Source: a virus
Strand: one strand, 5' to 3'
DNA length: 64,000 nucleotides
IMG/VR virus record: IMGVR_UViG_3300044452_000161
The notes below the pieces were generated by a model. The model ran no database searches, was not told the origin of the DNA, and worked only from the letters and a program-made list of their open reading frames with translations. The translations under genes and the position numbers were made by a program. Positions 33,248 to 42,810 of the stretch are shown piece after piece. Positions within the stretch are counted from its first letter, which is position 1; each line of letters starts with the position of its first letter.

Positions 33248-33248
33248 A

Positions 33249-33449
33249 ATGCCTGCCATTCAAGCGTCTGTTTTTCATGAACTTGTATATGAAATGCGCC
33301 AATTGAAGAAGGTTGTATCCAGGCCCGTATCGGGGTTGGCCTATATGGGCCTGTCCTGTGTAAGATGCGGGCGCGTTTCTGAAACAGAAATGTGTTCACA
33401 TACAGACTGCGCGGCGCAAGCAAGCACCCTTCGAGGCGACGCTTTATGA
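33249..33449 (+). CDS. small Cys-containing hypothetical protein
   Basis: 66 aa between portal and next gene; CVRC..C...C. Confidence 0.5.
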   Translation: MPAIQASVFHELVYEMRQLKKVVSRPVSGLAYMGLSCVRCGRVSETEMCSHTDCAAQASTLRGDAL

Positions 33450-33652
33450 AGGTCAGGTATGGGTTGAACCCGGACTTTGCGGATTTCGATGAGTTGGATT
33501 CAGATGTTCTGGAGGCTTTCGAAGATTACGACTCAGGTTCCATAACTTTAGATGAATTGGCTATCCTTGTGGGTGCGGAGGCAGCAGAACAGCACGCTTC
33601 AATGCATTCCGATACGTACTTTCAATTGTTAGACGATCCGGAGTTTTTGTGA
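33446..33652 (+). CDS. acidic hypothetical protein
   Basis: MKVRY start with GAGG RBS. Confidence 0.6.
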   Translation: MKVRYGLNPDFADFDELDSDVLEAFEDYDSGSITLDELAILVGAEAAEQHASMHSDTYFQLLDDPEFL

Positions 33653-33856
33653 CTCGCTAAGACATTTTTGCTTGCATTACCGACCGAACCGTCAGTATAC
33701 TTGACATTTTATCTGCGTTTGGTTATTGATGCTGTCAATGGAGCTACTTTGTTGCAGAAGCTCCGCCAGAGGGTATCCGCTCTCGCATTGCATCGGGGAT
33801 GCAGTTTTTCTTCAGCATAAGGACACCTTGCGGGGCAAGGTAGTAGTACACGCAGT

Positions 33857-34660
33857 ATGGCAACGCTTACATATCCGACTCTTGCGGACGTTCCTGAGGA
33901 CCTTCGGGAAGCAGTATCGGAAGGGGATGATGGTCAGTTCACAGTAAAGGTAGCACCGCAGGTAAAAATTGCGGAGTTCAGAGACAACAATATCAAGGTG
34001 GTACAAGAGCGCGACAATCTGGTCGCAAAAATGACCGCCTACGAGCAGGTTACCGGAGTATCCTTAGAGGACTTCGAAAACGGAAAACTCGATGATTTCG
34101 CGAGTATGTTGACCTCGCTTCGCGAAACGAAACAACGGGTCGAGGATGGCAATCTAATCGAGAGCACATCACTCGAAGAAGCTGCAAATCAGCGTGTTGC
34201 TGATGCGCAGAAGCAAATTAAAGAACAACTCGCCGCAATGGCGAAAGACCGAGACGCTCACGCAGAGCGAGCACGATCAGCCGAAGAAGCTGCAGACCGA
34301 ATGAAGGTCGAAAACGCTCTTCGTTTGGTAGCAGGTGATCCAGATGTGGCCATGCTTGAAAAAGCTGTAACCCATGTCTTGAACGAAGCACAGGCTGTGT
34401 TCCGCGTGGAGGAAGGCAAGATTGTTCCGAAATCAGGCGATGGAACAATCCTATACGGGTCAGACGGGATCAACCCGATGACCATGAAGGAATGGTTAAT
34501 CAAGTATCGTGAAGACAACGATTTCTTGTTCAAAGGATCACAAGGCGGTGGTGCGGCAGGTAATGACCAAAAGCTCGCCGGACGGATCACACAGGCTGAA
34601 TTGGAGGCGATGTCTCCACAACAGCGCATCAACTACGCCCGTAAACACGGGCTTGCATAA
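33857..34660 (+). CDS. capsid scaffolding protein
   Basis: coiled-coil, EFRDNN, LFK.SQGGGA motif; directly upstream of MCP. Confidence 0.8.
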   Translation: MATLTYPTLADVPEDLREAVSEGDDGQFTVKVAPQVKIAEFRDNNIKVVQERDNLVAKMTAYEQVTGVSLEDFENGKLDDFASMLTSLRETKQRVEDGNLIESTSLEEAANQRVADAQKQIKEQLAAMAKDRDAHAERARSAEEAADRMKVENALRLVAGDPDVAMLEKAVTHVLNEAQAVFRVEEGKIVPKSGDGTILYGSDGINPMTMKEWLIKYREDNDFLFKGSQGGGAAGNDQKLAGRITQAELEAMSPQQRINYARKHGLA

Positions 34661-34698
34661 CTGAATTAACCTTAGGGCGCTTATTTTGCGCCCTTAGG

Positions 34699-34715
34699 TG
34701 TCACAAATACTGACA
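34699..34715. promoter_or_regulatory. TGTCA-N7-TGACA palindrome upstream of major capsid gene
   Basis: TGTCACAAATACTGACA after a terminator-like hairpin at 34671-34698. Confidence 0.6.
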
Positions 34716-34863
34716 CAATTGCCTGCGGTGCAAGCTAAAGTGTCAAGACGCAATGTCTGCGGCAGCAAGGGCTGAGCCGTCGACGTGCTTCAGGCTCGGG
34801 GAGCCTGCCTCACAGCCCACTCCGAACCAACTGAAGCAACCTCTATTTTTGGGAGAAATCGAC

Positions 34864-35790
34864 GTGATTACCCTTTTGGAAGCCGCAAAGCACAATAACG
34901 GTGAAGTGCTTCGCAACACAATTATCGAGCACTTCGCTCGTTCCTCGGACTTGCTGCGCGCGACGCCGTTTATCGACGTTCCAGGCGGTGCATATGTTTA
35001 CAACCGTGAAGGCGTTCTACCAGGTGTAGCGTTCCGTGGTGTAAACCAGTCCTACACACCAACACATGGAATCGTTAACCCGCAGACAGAAACTCTGCGC
35101 ATCTCCGGTGGCGAACTGGTTGTCGACAAGGCAATCTTGAAAATGCAGGGCGACGATGTACGCTCTCGCAACGAACTGATGCAGGTCAAGTCTCTGGCTC
35201 TGAAGCTTGGTGACAAGATCATCAACGGTGACTCCACATCGAACGCACTTGAATTCGATGGTCTCCGCAAGCGCATCACAGGCGATCAGCTTATGGACGC
35301 AGGTAGCACAGACGGCGGCGACGCACTGTCTGTTGGTCTTCTTCGTGACCTTATCGACCAGGTGGACGAACCAACTCACCTGATCATGTCAAAGAAGATG
35401 CGCAACCTTCTTTCTGCGGCTGCTACCGATACAACAATCGGTGGTTACATCGCATACGACAAGGACGAGTTCGGTCGTCGTGTCACAATGTTTGACGGAC
35501 TTCCTATCCTCGTAACCGACTATAACGGTCAGGACGAGCAAGTGATCTCCTTCAACGAAGTCGGTTCCGGTGGTGCCACCGCAACTGCAACATCCATCTA
35601 CTGTGTCAAGTTCGGCGACGAAGGTGTTGTTGGCCTTCAGAACGGAACCATGGAGGTTAACGACCTCGGCGAGATGGAAAGCAAGCCTGCGATGCTGACA
35701 CGCGTTGAATGGCTTGTTGGAATGGCCGCTCTGCACGGTCGTTCTGCAGCACGCCTTCGCGGCATCGCGAACGCCGCAGTCGTCAAGTAA
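34864..35790 (+). CDS. major capsid protein
   Basis: ITLLEAAK...PFIDV.GGAY.YNRE..LPGVAFRGVN, EFDGLRKRI; GTG start with GGAG RBS; strong codon bias. Confidence 0.92.
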   Translation: MITLLEAAKHNNGEVLRNTIIEHFARSSDLLRATPFIDVPGGAYVYNREGVLPGVAFRGVNQSYTPTHGIVNPQTETLRISGGELVVDKAILKMQGDDVRSRNELMQVKSLALKLGDKIINGDSTSNALEFDGLRKRITGDQLMDAGSTDGGDALSVGLLRDLIDQVDEPTHLIMSKKMRNLLSAAATDTTIGGYIAYDKDEFGRRVTMFDGLPILVTDYNGQDEQVISFNEVGSGGATATATSIYCVKFGDEGVVGLQNGTMEVNDLGEMESKPAMLTRVEWLVGMAALHGRSAARLRGIANAAVVK

Positions 35791-35857
35791 TTGATGGGGG
35801 TTAAACAGCCCCCAACTCACCCCTCCACCCCTTCAAGCTCAAGGAAAAATATCCGAA

Positions 35858-36289
35858 ATGGCTCGTTCCGAAGTAAACCGCATCTATGATGAAGCAACCA
35901 AGTTCCGCGCGCCGGGGTCGGCGGCGGTAACTTCCGCAGGCGCAATTGGCGTCGTAACTCTAGACAAAATGACCACTGCACGTGGTGATCTGAAAAACAA
36001 GCTCGGCGCAGAAGGCTACGAAGTGGTCATCGTCGTTGAGACGGCAGACACTCCAGCAACGGAAGAGTACAACTTCTCCGTTGAAGTAGGCGCCGCAGGT
36101 TCGGCATCTACTGTAGTAGCAGGTCCAATTAACTGCGACTCTCCTGGACAATTCGTTCTGTCCCTGGACGCAGCGACCATCGAAAAGTTGGACGCGAACT
36201 ATGTTGAGATGGAATTGAACCTGGCGTTCGGTGACACACCAACGAGCAACGAGAGCATCACGTTCTCCGCTTGGCTGATCTCAGCTTAA
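35858..36289 (+). CDS. minor capsid / decoration protein
   Basis: beta-rich 143 aa directly after MCP with similar codon bias. Confidence 0.65.
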   Translation: MARSEVNRIYDEATKFRAPGSAAVTSAGAIGVVTLDKMTTARGDLKNKLGAEGYEVVIVVETADTPATEEYNFSVEVGAAGSASTVVAGPINCDSPGQFVLSLDAATIEKLDANYVEMELNLAFGDTPTSNESITFSAWLISA

Positions 36290-36304
36290 ACCAAATTTGA
36301 TCGG

Positions 36305-36327
36305 GGGCGGCTATTGCCGCCCTTTTT
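36305..36327 (+). terminator. intrinsic terminator
   Basis: GGGCGGC-TATT-GCCGCCC-TTTTT. Confidence 0.8.
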
Positions 36328-36353
36328 CCCTTTCCCCCTGACGGAGAATCCCC

Positions 36354-36755
36354 GTGCAACCAATTACAAACGCCGCAACCCAAACAACTATCGTCACCGG
36401 ACCAGATGGTAGTACCTTTGAAACATCGATCCTCAATGCCCAAGAACTGGTTGGCCTTGCAAAAGGCTACAAAATGGGTAGCGCTACGGATGAACCGCCA
36501 GTTGATGAAGATGCTTCAGATGAACAATCAGGCCAAGCCGAACAGTCTAGCTCAACCGAAGCCGACGAACAGAAAACGTTGGTCGAGCAAATGGCATTCG
36601 AAAATGGCTATGCAACAATAGAAGAATACTTGAACACCTTTGACGTGGAATCGCTGCGCCATTTCGCAGCAGATCAGTTCGAAGAAAAGGTTCATCATAA
36701 GACTGGTAAAGAAACGTTGGTGGCTCGCATTATCGAGCTTGATAAGGCCGCATAA
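36354..36755 (+). CDS. hypothetical structural-module protein
   Basis: 133 aa, GGAG RBS, GTG start. Confidence 0.7.
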   Translation: MQPITNAATQTTIVTGPDGSTFETSILNAQELVGLAKGYKMGSATDEPPVDEDASDEQSGQAEQSSSTEADEQKTLVEQMAFENGYATIEEYLNTFDVESLRHFAADQFEEKVHHKTGKETLVARIIELDKAA

Positions 36756-36789
36756 AGTTACCCAGCACACCCTAATGTCTGCAAACTAC

Positions 36790-36813
36790 GCCGCCCATTT
36801 GGGCGGCTTTTTT
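36790..36813 (+). terminator. intrinsic terminator
   Basis: GCCGCCC-ATTT-GGGCGGC-TTTTTT. Confidence 0.8.
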
Positions 36814-36903
36814 CATGGGTGACCGTTCTGGTGGTCATCGTGACATTTTGCCAGTTTTGTGCTATACAAAAATCAATAATACGACCATTACGGGAGATGT
36901 GTC

Positions 36904-37089
36904 ATGTATGTTAAAATTTACGCACCAGATGGTGAAATGGTCGAAGTAACTCGTCAGAAAGCCGATGAGTTAATCCTCAATTTTGGATGGACTCAAAACG
37001 CTCCTGTTTTCGAAGACCCGGACGAAGGAAGTGACTGGTCCTTTGATGAAGAGGTCGTTGAAGATTCCGAAGAAGTTGACGACGAATAG
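36904..37089 (+). CDS. acidic hypothetical protein
   Basis: 61 aa, GGAG RBS. Confidence 0.7.
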   Translation: MYVKIYAPDGEMVEVTRQKADELILNFGWTQNAPVFEDPDEGSDWSFDEEVVEDSEEVDDE

Positions 37090-37109
37090 TCTATCAAGAG
37101 AGGTAGACT

Positions 37110-37556
37110 ATGAGCAACTTTGAAAATACGGATGGTCGTGACTTTGTGGGGCAGTTTGTGCTCTCCGAGTTGCGCGACATTCGAAAATCTCAGGAGGAGA
37201 GAGATAGAGAAACGCAACGATTGTTCGAACAGCGTGATCAGGAAACACGCGCTGTTCTCTCTCAAACACAAGCCTCTATTGCAGCATTGACCGAGGCTGT
37301 AACAGGTACCCAAACGCACCGGGATGCAATGCAAAAGAGCATCGACTCAATCATCGAAAAAGTTACAGATGTGCGAACTGACTTGGATGAGTTGATTTCT
37401 GAGAATGACATCAGTCGTAAGGTTGCCAGTTCTCGTTGGGATGGTCCTAAATCCATCATGCGAACAGTCATTTTCGTAGGTTCAACGGCTGCGGCGGTGG
37501 CTGCCATAATCTCGATAGCGCCTCATATGGGCACTATATTTACGGTAGGCCAGTAA
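37110..37556 (+). CDS. coiled-coil protein with C-terminal transmembrane helix
   Basis: heptad pattern then IFVGSTAAAVAAIISIA. Confidence 0.7.
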   Translation: MSNFENTDGRDFVGQFVLSELRDIRKSQEERDRETQRLFEQRDQETRAVLSQTQASIAALTEAVTGTQTHRDAMQKSIDSIIEKVTDVRTDLDELISENDISRKVASSRWDGPKSIMRTVIFVGSTAAAVAAIISIAPHMGTIFTVGQ

Positions 37557-37573
37557 CAACAACCACTATATAG

Positions 37574-38413
37574 ATGGAAGTCATCATGAACGATGATATC
37601 CTTGTAGCGGATGGGTTCTTGGAAGAACCATCGGAAGCTACTGAAGGAAAGAGTGCGAAAGCAATTCGACGCCAACAACGAAAAGAGGCTCGGAGGGCTA
37701 AGCAGGACAAAAGAAACCCCAAACCTCTAGAGCCAAGGACTGATCGTCAATCGCTGTACATAAACAGCATAAAAAACAGCGAACTCACTATAGCTATTGG
37801 GCCTGCTGGGGCAGGGAAAACGTATGTCCCTTCCCGAATATATGGCGAGATGGCTGCCGCTGGTGAGATTTCCAAGGTCTATATTGCAAGACCGAATGTT
37901 TCCAAAGCCAAACACAGAAATGGCTTCTTGCCGGGAAGTGCTGAAGAGAAAACCGCTCCCTGGCTGGTTCCGATTTTTGAAGGCCTCTCTGATGCGATGG
38001 GTTCTCAAACTTTTCAACAACTGAAGAACGGAAAGGTTTTTGAAGAGGTCCCATTCGAGTTCATCCAAGGCCGTACCTTCAAAGATGCAGCTTGCATTGT
38101 AGATGAAGCAGAGAACTTGGATTTGGATGATTTGTACATCACGCTCACACGTCAAGGCGAAAACCTGCGGATGGTACTGGCAGGCGACATCCATCAAGCC
38201 AGGATTCCAAACAGCGGACTGGCTGAAGTCGTGCAGATGGCACGCATGGATCATATGGAAGGTAATTCGGTGATTGAATTCACTGAAGATGACATCGTCA
38301 GAAGTCGCCAGGCGCGACAATGGGCAAAGGCTTTCCGAAATCATTGGGCAGATGGGGGCGACGCCTCAGGGTCTGTATTGGCGGATATGCCGTTGTTTGA
38401 AAGGGTAAGGTAG
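37574..38413 (+). CDS. phoH: PhoH-like ATPase
   Basis: GPAGAGKT, RPNV, GFLPG, PFEFIQGRTF, IVDEAENL, LTRQGE, GDIHQ. Confidence 0.95.
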   Translation: MEVIMNDDILVADGFLEEPSEATEGKSAKAIRRQQRKEARRAKQDKRNPKPLEPRTDRQSLYINSIKNSELTIAIGPAGAGKTYVPSRIYGEMAAAGEISKVYIARPNVSKAKHRNGFLPGSAEEKTAPWLVPIFEGLSDAMGSQTFQQLKNGKVFEEVPFEFIQGRTFKDAACIVDEAENLDLDDLYITLTRQGENLRMVLAGDIHQARIPNSGLAEVVQMARMDHMEGNSVIEFTEDDIVRSRQARQWAKAFRNHWADGGDASGSVLADMPLFERVR

Positions 38414-38414
38414 C

Positions 38415-38933
38415 ATGGCATTCTCATTCTCTGTTGAAGACGGGTCCGGAGTAGCGGATGCAACTTCGTACGTTTCGGTTCAGGACGCCGATGATATCCT
38501 TACCGTTAACATTCACGCAGGACCGGAATGGACGGCTGCGAGCAATGATGACAAGGAAAGGCTTCTTTCTTGGGCTTCGCGATATTTGGATGAACGTGCA
38601 CGGTGGTTCGGGACTAAAGCAGTAGAAACATCGGCTCTTCGTTGGCCTAGAAGCGGCGTCAAAGATCAAGACGACATAGAGATTTCAGACGACGTTATTC
38701 CTCGGCAATTGCAAATAGCAACGGCGGAGATGGCTCGATACCTGCTTTCTGACGACCGAAGCGTTGAGCGTGACCAAGATGGCCTCGAACGATTGAAGGC
38801 GGACACGATTGAGTTGGAATTTGCTGATGGTTATCGGCTACCGGCAGTTCCAAGTCACATTGGATATTTGATCAAAGGTTTGGGTACCATCGGCTCTGGT
38901 AATGGAACCACCTTTGCTCGGATCATTAGATAA
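38415..38933 (+). CDS. head-tail adaptor (DnaT-like domain)
   Basis: VEDGSGVADATSYVSV..AD, ALRWPR, IP..L..ATAE.A motifs. Confidence 0.8.
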   Translation: MAFSFSVEDGSGVADATSYVSVQDADDILTVNIHAGPEWTAASNDDKERLLSWASRYLDERARWFGTKAVETSALRWPRSGVKDQDDIEISDDVIPRQLQIATAEMARYLLSDDRSVERDQDGLERLKADTIELEFADGYRLPAVPSHIGYLIKGLGTIGSGNGTTFARIIR

Positions 38934-39319
38934 TGGGTTTCAAGTCTCTCATAGAACGTCAGGTCCAAGGGGCCATGAGAACACTGGGCACGGACAGTGA
39001 TGGGCTGGCACGTGCTCAGACGTATATCGAAGTTACTCAAGGCGTATATGATCCGGTTACGAGAAGCACCCAGGCGTCTACTGTCTCACATGCAGACGTT
39101 CCCATGGTCTTGGCACGATTTTCCATTGAAGACATGGACAGAGAAGTGCGGCCAAAAACAGACCGAAAACTACTGATTGCCGCATTGGACCTTACTCCCA
39201 TCCCAAAAGAAGATGACCGAGTGTTGTTGGAGGACGGAAGCACTTACGATGTAGTTCGCCTTATGTCTGATCCAGCATCGGCGCTTCATACAGTACATGT
39301 GAGATTCCGGTCAGTGTAG
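38933..39319 (+). CDS. head closure / stopper protein
   Basis: position; GVYDP, D.KLLIAA motifs. Confidence 0.7.
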   Translation: MGFKSLIERQVQGAMRTLGTDSDGLARAQTYIEVTQGVYDPVTRSTQASTVSHADVPMVLARFSIEDMDREVRPKTDRKLLIAALDLTPIPKEDDRVLLEDGSTYDVVRLMSDPASALHTVHVRFRSV

Positions 39320-39795
39320 TGTCTGTTGTTGTCAATGCGAATGAATTCATAAAAGGCCTTGAGGCATACGAAAAAAGGTTTCACCTTAAGTTCCGAAACC
39401 GAGTCTCTATGCTGGTCACAGAGGGCATGCTTAGACTGCTTCGAAAAACTCCGGTTCACACCGGGCAAGCGGTAATGAACTACGTTGCATCCGTTGGAAC
39501 TCCTTATGGTGGTTCGGCTAAACAAGCGGGGGAACCGGTGGAAGCCACAAACCGCCTTCGACTGGGGCAGGAAACGCTTAGAGGCCCAGCAGAGAGAGTA
39601 GCTCTAGCCACACTATCGTCAGTGAGTTTTGCCGATCCATACAAGACTTACTTCATCAGCAACAACGCTCCACACATAGGTGGACTGGAGTATGGTAGCC
39701 TTCCGGGCGATCCTTATACTCCTCGATCACCAGCAGGGATGTTTGGGGTCACATTGCAGGAGTTAAAGCTCCTACTAGCTAGCGGAAAAATCTAA
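39319..39795 (+). CDS. neck / tail completion protein (HK97 gp10-like)
   Basis: TPVHTGQA..NY, ISNNAPHI..LEYG..SP.GM. Confidence 0.75.
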   Translation: MSVVVNANEFIKGLEAYEKRFHLKFRNRVSMLVTEGMLRLLRKTPVHTGQAVMNYVASVGTPYGGSAKQAGEPVEATNRLRLGQETLRGPAERVALATLSSVSFADPYKTYFISNNAPHIGGLEYGSLPGDPYTPRSPAGMFGVTLQELKLLLASGKI

Positions 39796-40226
39796 TGACG
39801 CCGAACATGACAACAGCGGTCGAGACGCACTTCCAGACGTATATGGATACAAATCATCCTGGCGTTTCTGTTATCTATGACAACGTGGACATACCAAGTG
39901 ATGAATCTGTTTATGTTTTGATATCAATATTGGCGTCTGACGAGTCTGTTCCTGTAGGCATGGGTAAGACGGCGAAATCCAGAAACGTTGGTTTGATACA
40001 AGTAGACGCTATGTCCCCAAGTGGCATTGGTGCGGGCAGGGCGCAAGACTTGGCACAGGCTGCTGCCAATGCTTTTGCACGAATGGAGTTGTCCGTGCCG
40101 TCAGAAGGACAACTAACATTTGGCGATCCAACCGTAATTCCTGGAGAGGGGGATAAGACCACTTATCGCCGCATAATGCGTGTTCCTTATTCCTACGACT
40201 TTACGCTGCCAGTAAACAACGCCTAG
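39795..40226 (+). CDS. tail terminator protein
   Basis: position; GLIQVD..SP.G.G motif. Confidence 0.7.
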   Translation: MTPNMTTAVETHFQTYMDTNHPGVSVIYDNVDIPSDESVYVLISILASDESVPVGMGKTAKSRNVGLIQVDAMSPSGIGAGRAQDLAQAAANAFARMELSVPSEGQLTFGDPTVIPGEGDKTTYRRIMRVPYSYDFTLPVNNA

Positions 40227-40425
40227 GCGTTGTCACAAATTATCACACCGCTTGACCGTTTGGCTGCAAATATTGACTTTTGTAGCTGAAATAGATAGTG
40301 TGTGTGACACATAGCTAAGCTATGGACCAGCATGCTGACACTCGGCGGGGCCGTGCCGTCAGGTAACAACCCAGATTTACCCATTTGAGAGGCGTTGGCC
40401 TCCAAAAGCCAAGGAGGCTAACCGA

Positions 40426-41880
40426 GTGTCATTCGCTGATGCAAACCGTGCGAGCATCCGTGTCGTTGAAGAGAGCGTATGGGGAACCACGCCAGCGTCC
40501 GGAAACACACGAGAAATTCGCCTTACATCTTCTTCTCTTGCCGCAAACAAGGAAACCGCAATCTCTGACGAACTTCGTTCCGACCGCATGGTTTCGGATA
40601 TGTCGGAAGTTGCAGCGTCTTCTGGTGGCGACATTAACTTTGAATTCAGTGCAGGCGCACAAGACGAATTCATTGCTGCTATTCTCATGGGTGCATGGAC
40701 GCGCCCAATGGAGCGCGACTTTTTTAAAGGCGTGAATGTTGCAGTTGCTTCTACATCGACCTTTACTGTTTCAGGTGGTGATTACACAGATTACTTCGTC
40801 GTAGGCCGTCGCGTCCGTCTTGCCGGGTTCACAGACCCTGCTAACAGCACGTACCACGAAATCCAAGGTGTTGCGCACTCCGGCGGGGTTACGACCGTAA
40901 CTATCACTGACACCGACTTGGTAGTTGAAGCGGGAAGCGCAACCACTGCCGTGTTTGATGCCAACGACGTTGTCGTAATGTCAGATACGACCATTCAGGC
41001 AACAGCAAATGGTTTCTCTTCTACGGGAACTCCGTTTGCCACTGCGCGCGCAGCAGGACAACTTGTTCCTGGGCAAAAGATTCATGTCAGTGGTCTTACA
41101 GGCGCTGAAGGATATTTTACCATCGTCACGGTAGCAGACGATGAGATCACAACGAACCCTGTACCTGGTTCCGTGGTTTCTGCTGGTGACCCCGTCACAG
41201 TGAAAGGGTCGCTTCTGCGTAACCCAAGTGATGTTGCAAACATCATTCAGCGCATGTTCACTATCGAGACGGCTTTCTACGACATCAACCAGTATCAAAT
41301 CCAAACAGGTATGGTACCGGGCAGCATGTCCCTAGAGGTTTCTACGGGCGCAATCATCAACGGTACAATTGGGTTCCAAGGCCGCGAAACATCTATGAGC
41401 GGAACGGAAACACTCACGACCGGCGGTTACAATGTTCTGGATACTGTTCCAGGTGAAGTGGTCAACGCGACGACCAACATCGGCTCTTTGACCAAGAATG
41501 GGCTGGATCTGGCATCAGCTATTCAATCTTTGTCTCTAACGGTCGAAGGCAACCTTCGTACACAAAGCGCGATTGGTAGCAAGTTTGCCCGTGGTATTGG
41601 TGCAGGACGTCTGAACATCACCGGCAGCATGTCCGTCTATTTTGAAGACGCGGCTCTGTTCACAGACTTCTTGAACCACTCGACTGTCTCGCTCTCGTTC
41701 ACGATCACTGATGCAGATGGACAAGTTTACATTATCACGATCCCTGCATTGAAGATCGCTCAGAACCAAATTTCTCCAGAAGGCATCGACCAAGACGTCA
41801 TGGAGACAATTGAATTCACTGCGATCCGCGATCCTGACACCGACTGCCAAATCCAAATCGACCGTTTCTCGCCTGCTTAA
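40426..41880 (+). CDS. major tail tube protein with inserted beta domains
   Basis: EESVWGTTP...IRLTSSSL, GDINFEFS, SMSVYFEDAAL; GGAGG RBS, GTG start. Confidence 0.85.
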   Translation: MSFADANRASIRVVEESVWGTTPASGNTREIRLTSSSLAANKETAISDELRSDRMVSDMSEVAASSGGDINFEFSAGAQDEFIAAILMGAWTRPMERDFFKGVNVAVASTSTFTVSGGDYTDYFVVGRRVRLAGFTDPANSTYHEIQGVAHSGGVTTVTITDTDLVVEAGSATTAVFDANDVVVMSDTTIQATANGFSSTGTPFATARAAGQLVPGQKIHVSGLTGAEGYFTIVTVADDEITTNPVPGSVVSAGDPVTVKGSLLRNPSDVANIIQRMFTIETAFYDINQYQIQTGMVPGSMSLEVSTGAIINGTIGFQGRETSMSGTETLTTGGYNVLDTVPGEVVNATTNIGSLTKNGLDLASAIQSLSLTVEGNLRTQSAIGSKFARGIGAGRLNITGSMSVYFEDAALFTDFLNHSTVSLSFTITDADGQVYIITIPALKIAQNQISPEGIDQDVMETIEFTAIRDPDTDCQIQIDRFSPA

Positions 41881-41977
41881 GGCGAGGAGCACCCCGACAT
41901 CTTGAATTTCAAGAATGCCTAGGCCGGTGGGTGCAGTGTCGGGGCTGCGCCCACCAACTTCTCCCGACGAGGTTCAC

Positions 41978-42418
41978 ATGACTAAACAAACCCCAATCCC
42001 AGTAACAAATATCCATGCCATCTTCCAAACTGACAAAAACCTGGAAGAGAACGGCGCTTGGGTCACGGTTAACGAGCTATATGGTCTAAAGATCAAAGTT
42101 CGCCGTATTCGCTCTAAAGCTGCTTTGCAGGCATATGAGAACATCGTTCGAGAAACGTATGGCGAAGGCAAACTACGCCGTCCGCAAGACCTGAGCGAAG
42201 AGGATGCTACGGAAGTTACAAAGCGGCAGTTGGCAGAAGCGGTTTTGATCGACTGGAAGAATCTGCGCGACGTCGATACAGGCGAAACAATTCCGTACAG
42301 CAAAGAAGCCGCGTTGGAGCTTATGGAGGTCGATGACTTCCGTGAGTTTGTATTCCAAGCTGCCAATGAGCGTGACACTTTCCGCACTGCACATGATGAG
42401 GACGGTGAGGGAAACTAA
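41978..42418 (+). CDS. tail assembly chaperone (G-like)
   Basis: LEENGAWV, VLIDWK...YSKEAA; ends in slippery GGGAAAC. Confidence 0.8.
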   Translation: MTKQTPIPVTNIHAIFQTDKNLEENGAWVTVNELYGLKIKVRRIRSKAALQAYENIVRETYGEGKLRRPQDLSEEDATEVTKRQLAEAVLIDWKNLRDVDTGETIPYSKEAALELMEVDDFREFVFQAANERDTFRTAHDEDGEGN

Positions 42419-42810
42419 TCGCGTTCTTGAAGTGGCACCTGGAGAAAAGCAAAACCGCTTCAGATGATGCTTGGAAGAGAAAACTCTACGAAGAGGGCCA
42501 CATTAGTAAGTTGCCCACTTCTCTTCAAGAACGACAGCCCACCCTTTTTCCTGACTTGATTTGGGTATGGCAGGCATTCTGCTTACTAGATGGCCAACGC
42601 GCCACAGGACCCAACGGACCTATCCCGATATCTCTATCTGACATGGCTGCTTATCTCGAATTGGATGGGCGGTCAGACGATCCTGAATCGCGCCGACAAA
42701 TTCTCCGTTTCATCCCTCCACTAGATCGTTTCGCCCTACGGGATTTCTACGACCGTCAGGCGGCTGAAATGAAAAAAATAGCGAAGACAGGCACCAAAAG
42801 GCACCGCTAA
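42409..42810 (+). CDS. tail assembly chaperone -1 frameshift extension (GT-like)
   Basis: -1 frame open from the slippery site (LIAFLKWHLEK...) to 42810; P.L...VWQAF..L..QR...GP.PI motif. Confidence 0.75.
   Translation, partial: GKLIAFLKWHLEKSKTASDDAWKRKLYEEGHISKLPTSLQERQPTLFPDLIWVWQAFCLLDGQRATGPNGPIPISLSDMAAYLELDGRSDDPESRRQILRFIPPLDRFALRDFYDRQAAEMKKIAKTGTKRHR

Noticed and set aside
4766-34715. Host PpsR/CrtJ sites as the explanation for TGTCA-N7-TGACA
   Set aside because: PpsR/CrtJ boxes are TGT-N12-ACA (18 bp); these are consistently 17 bp
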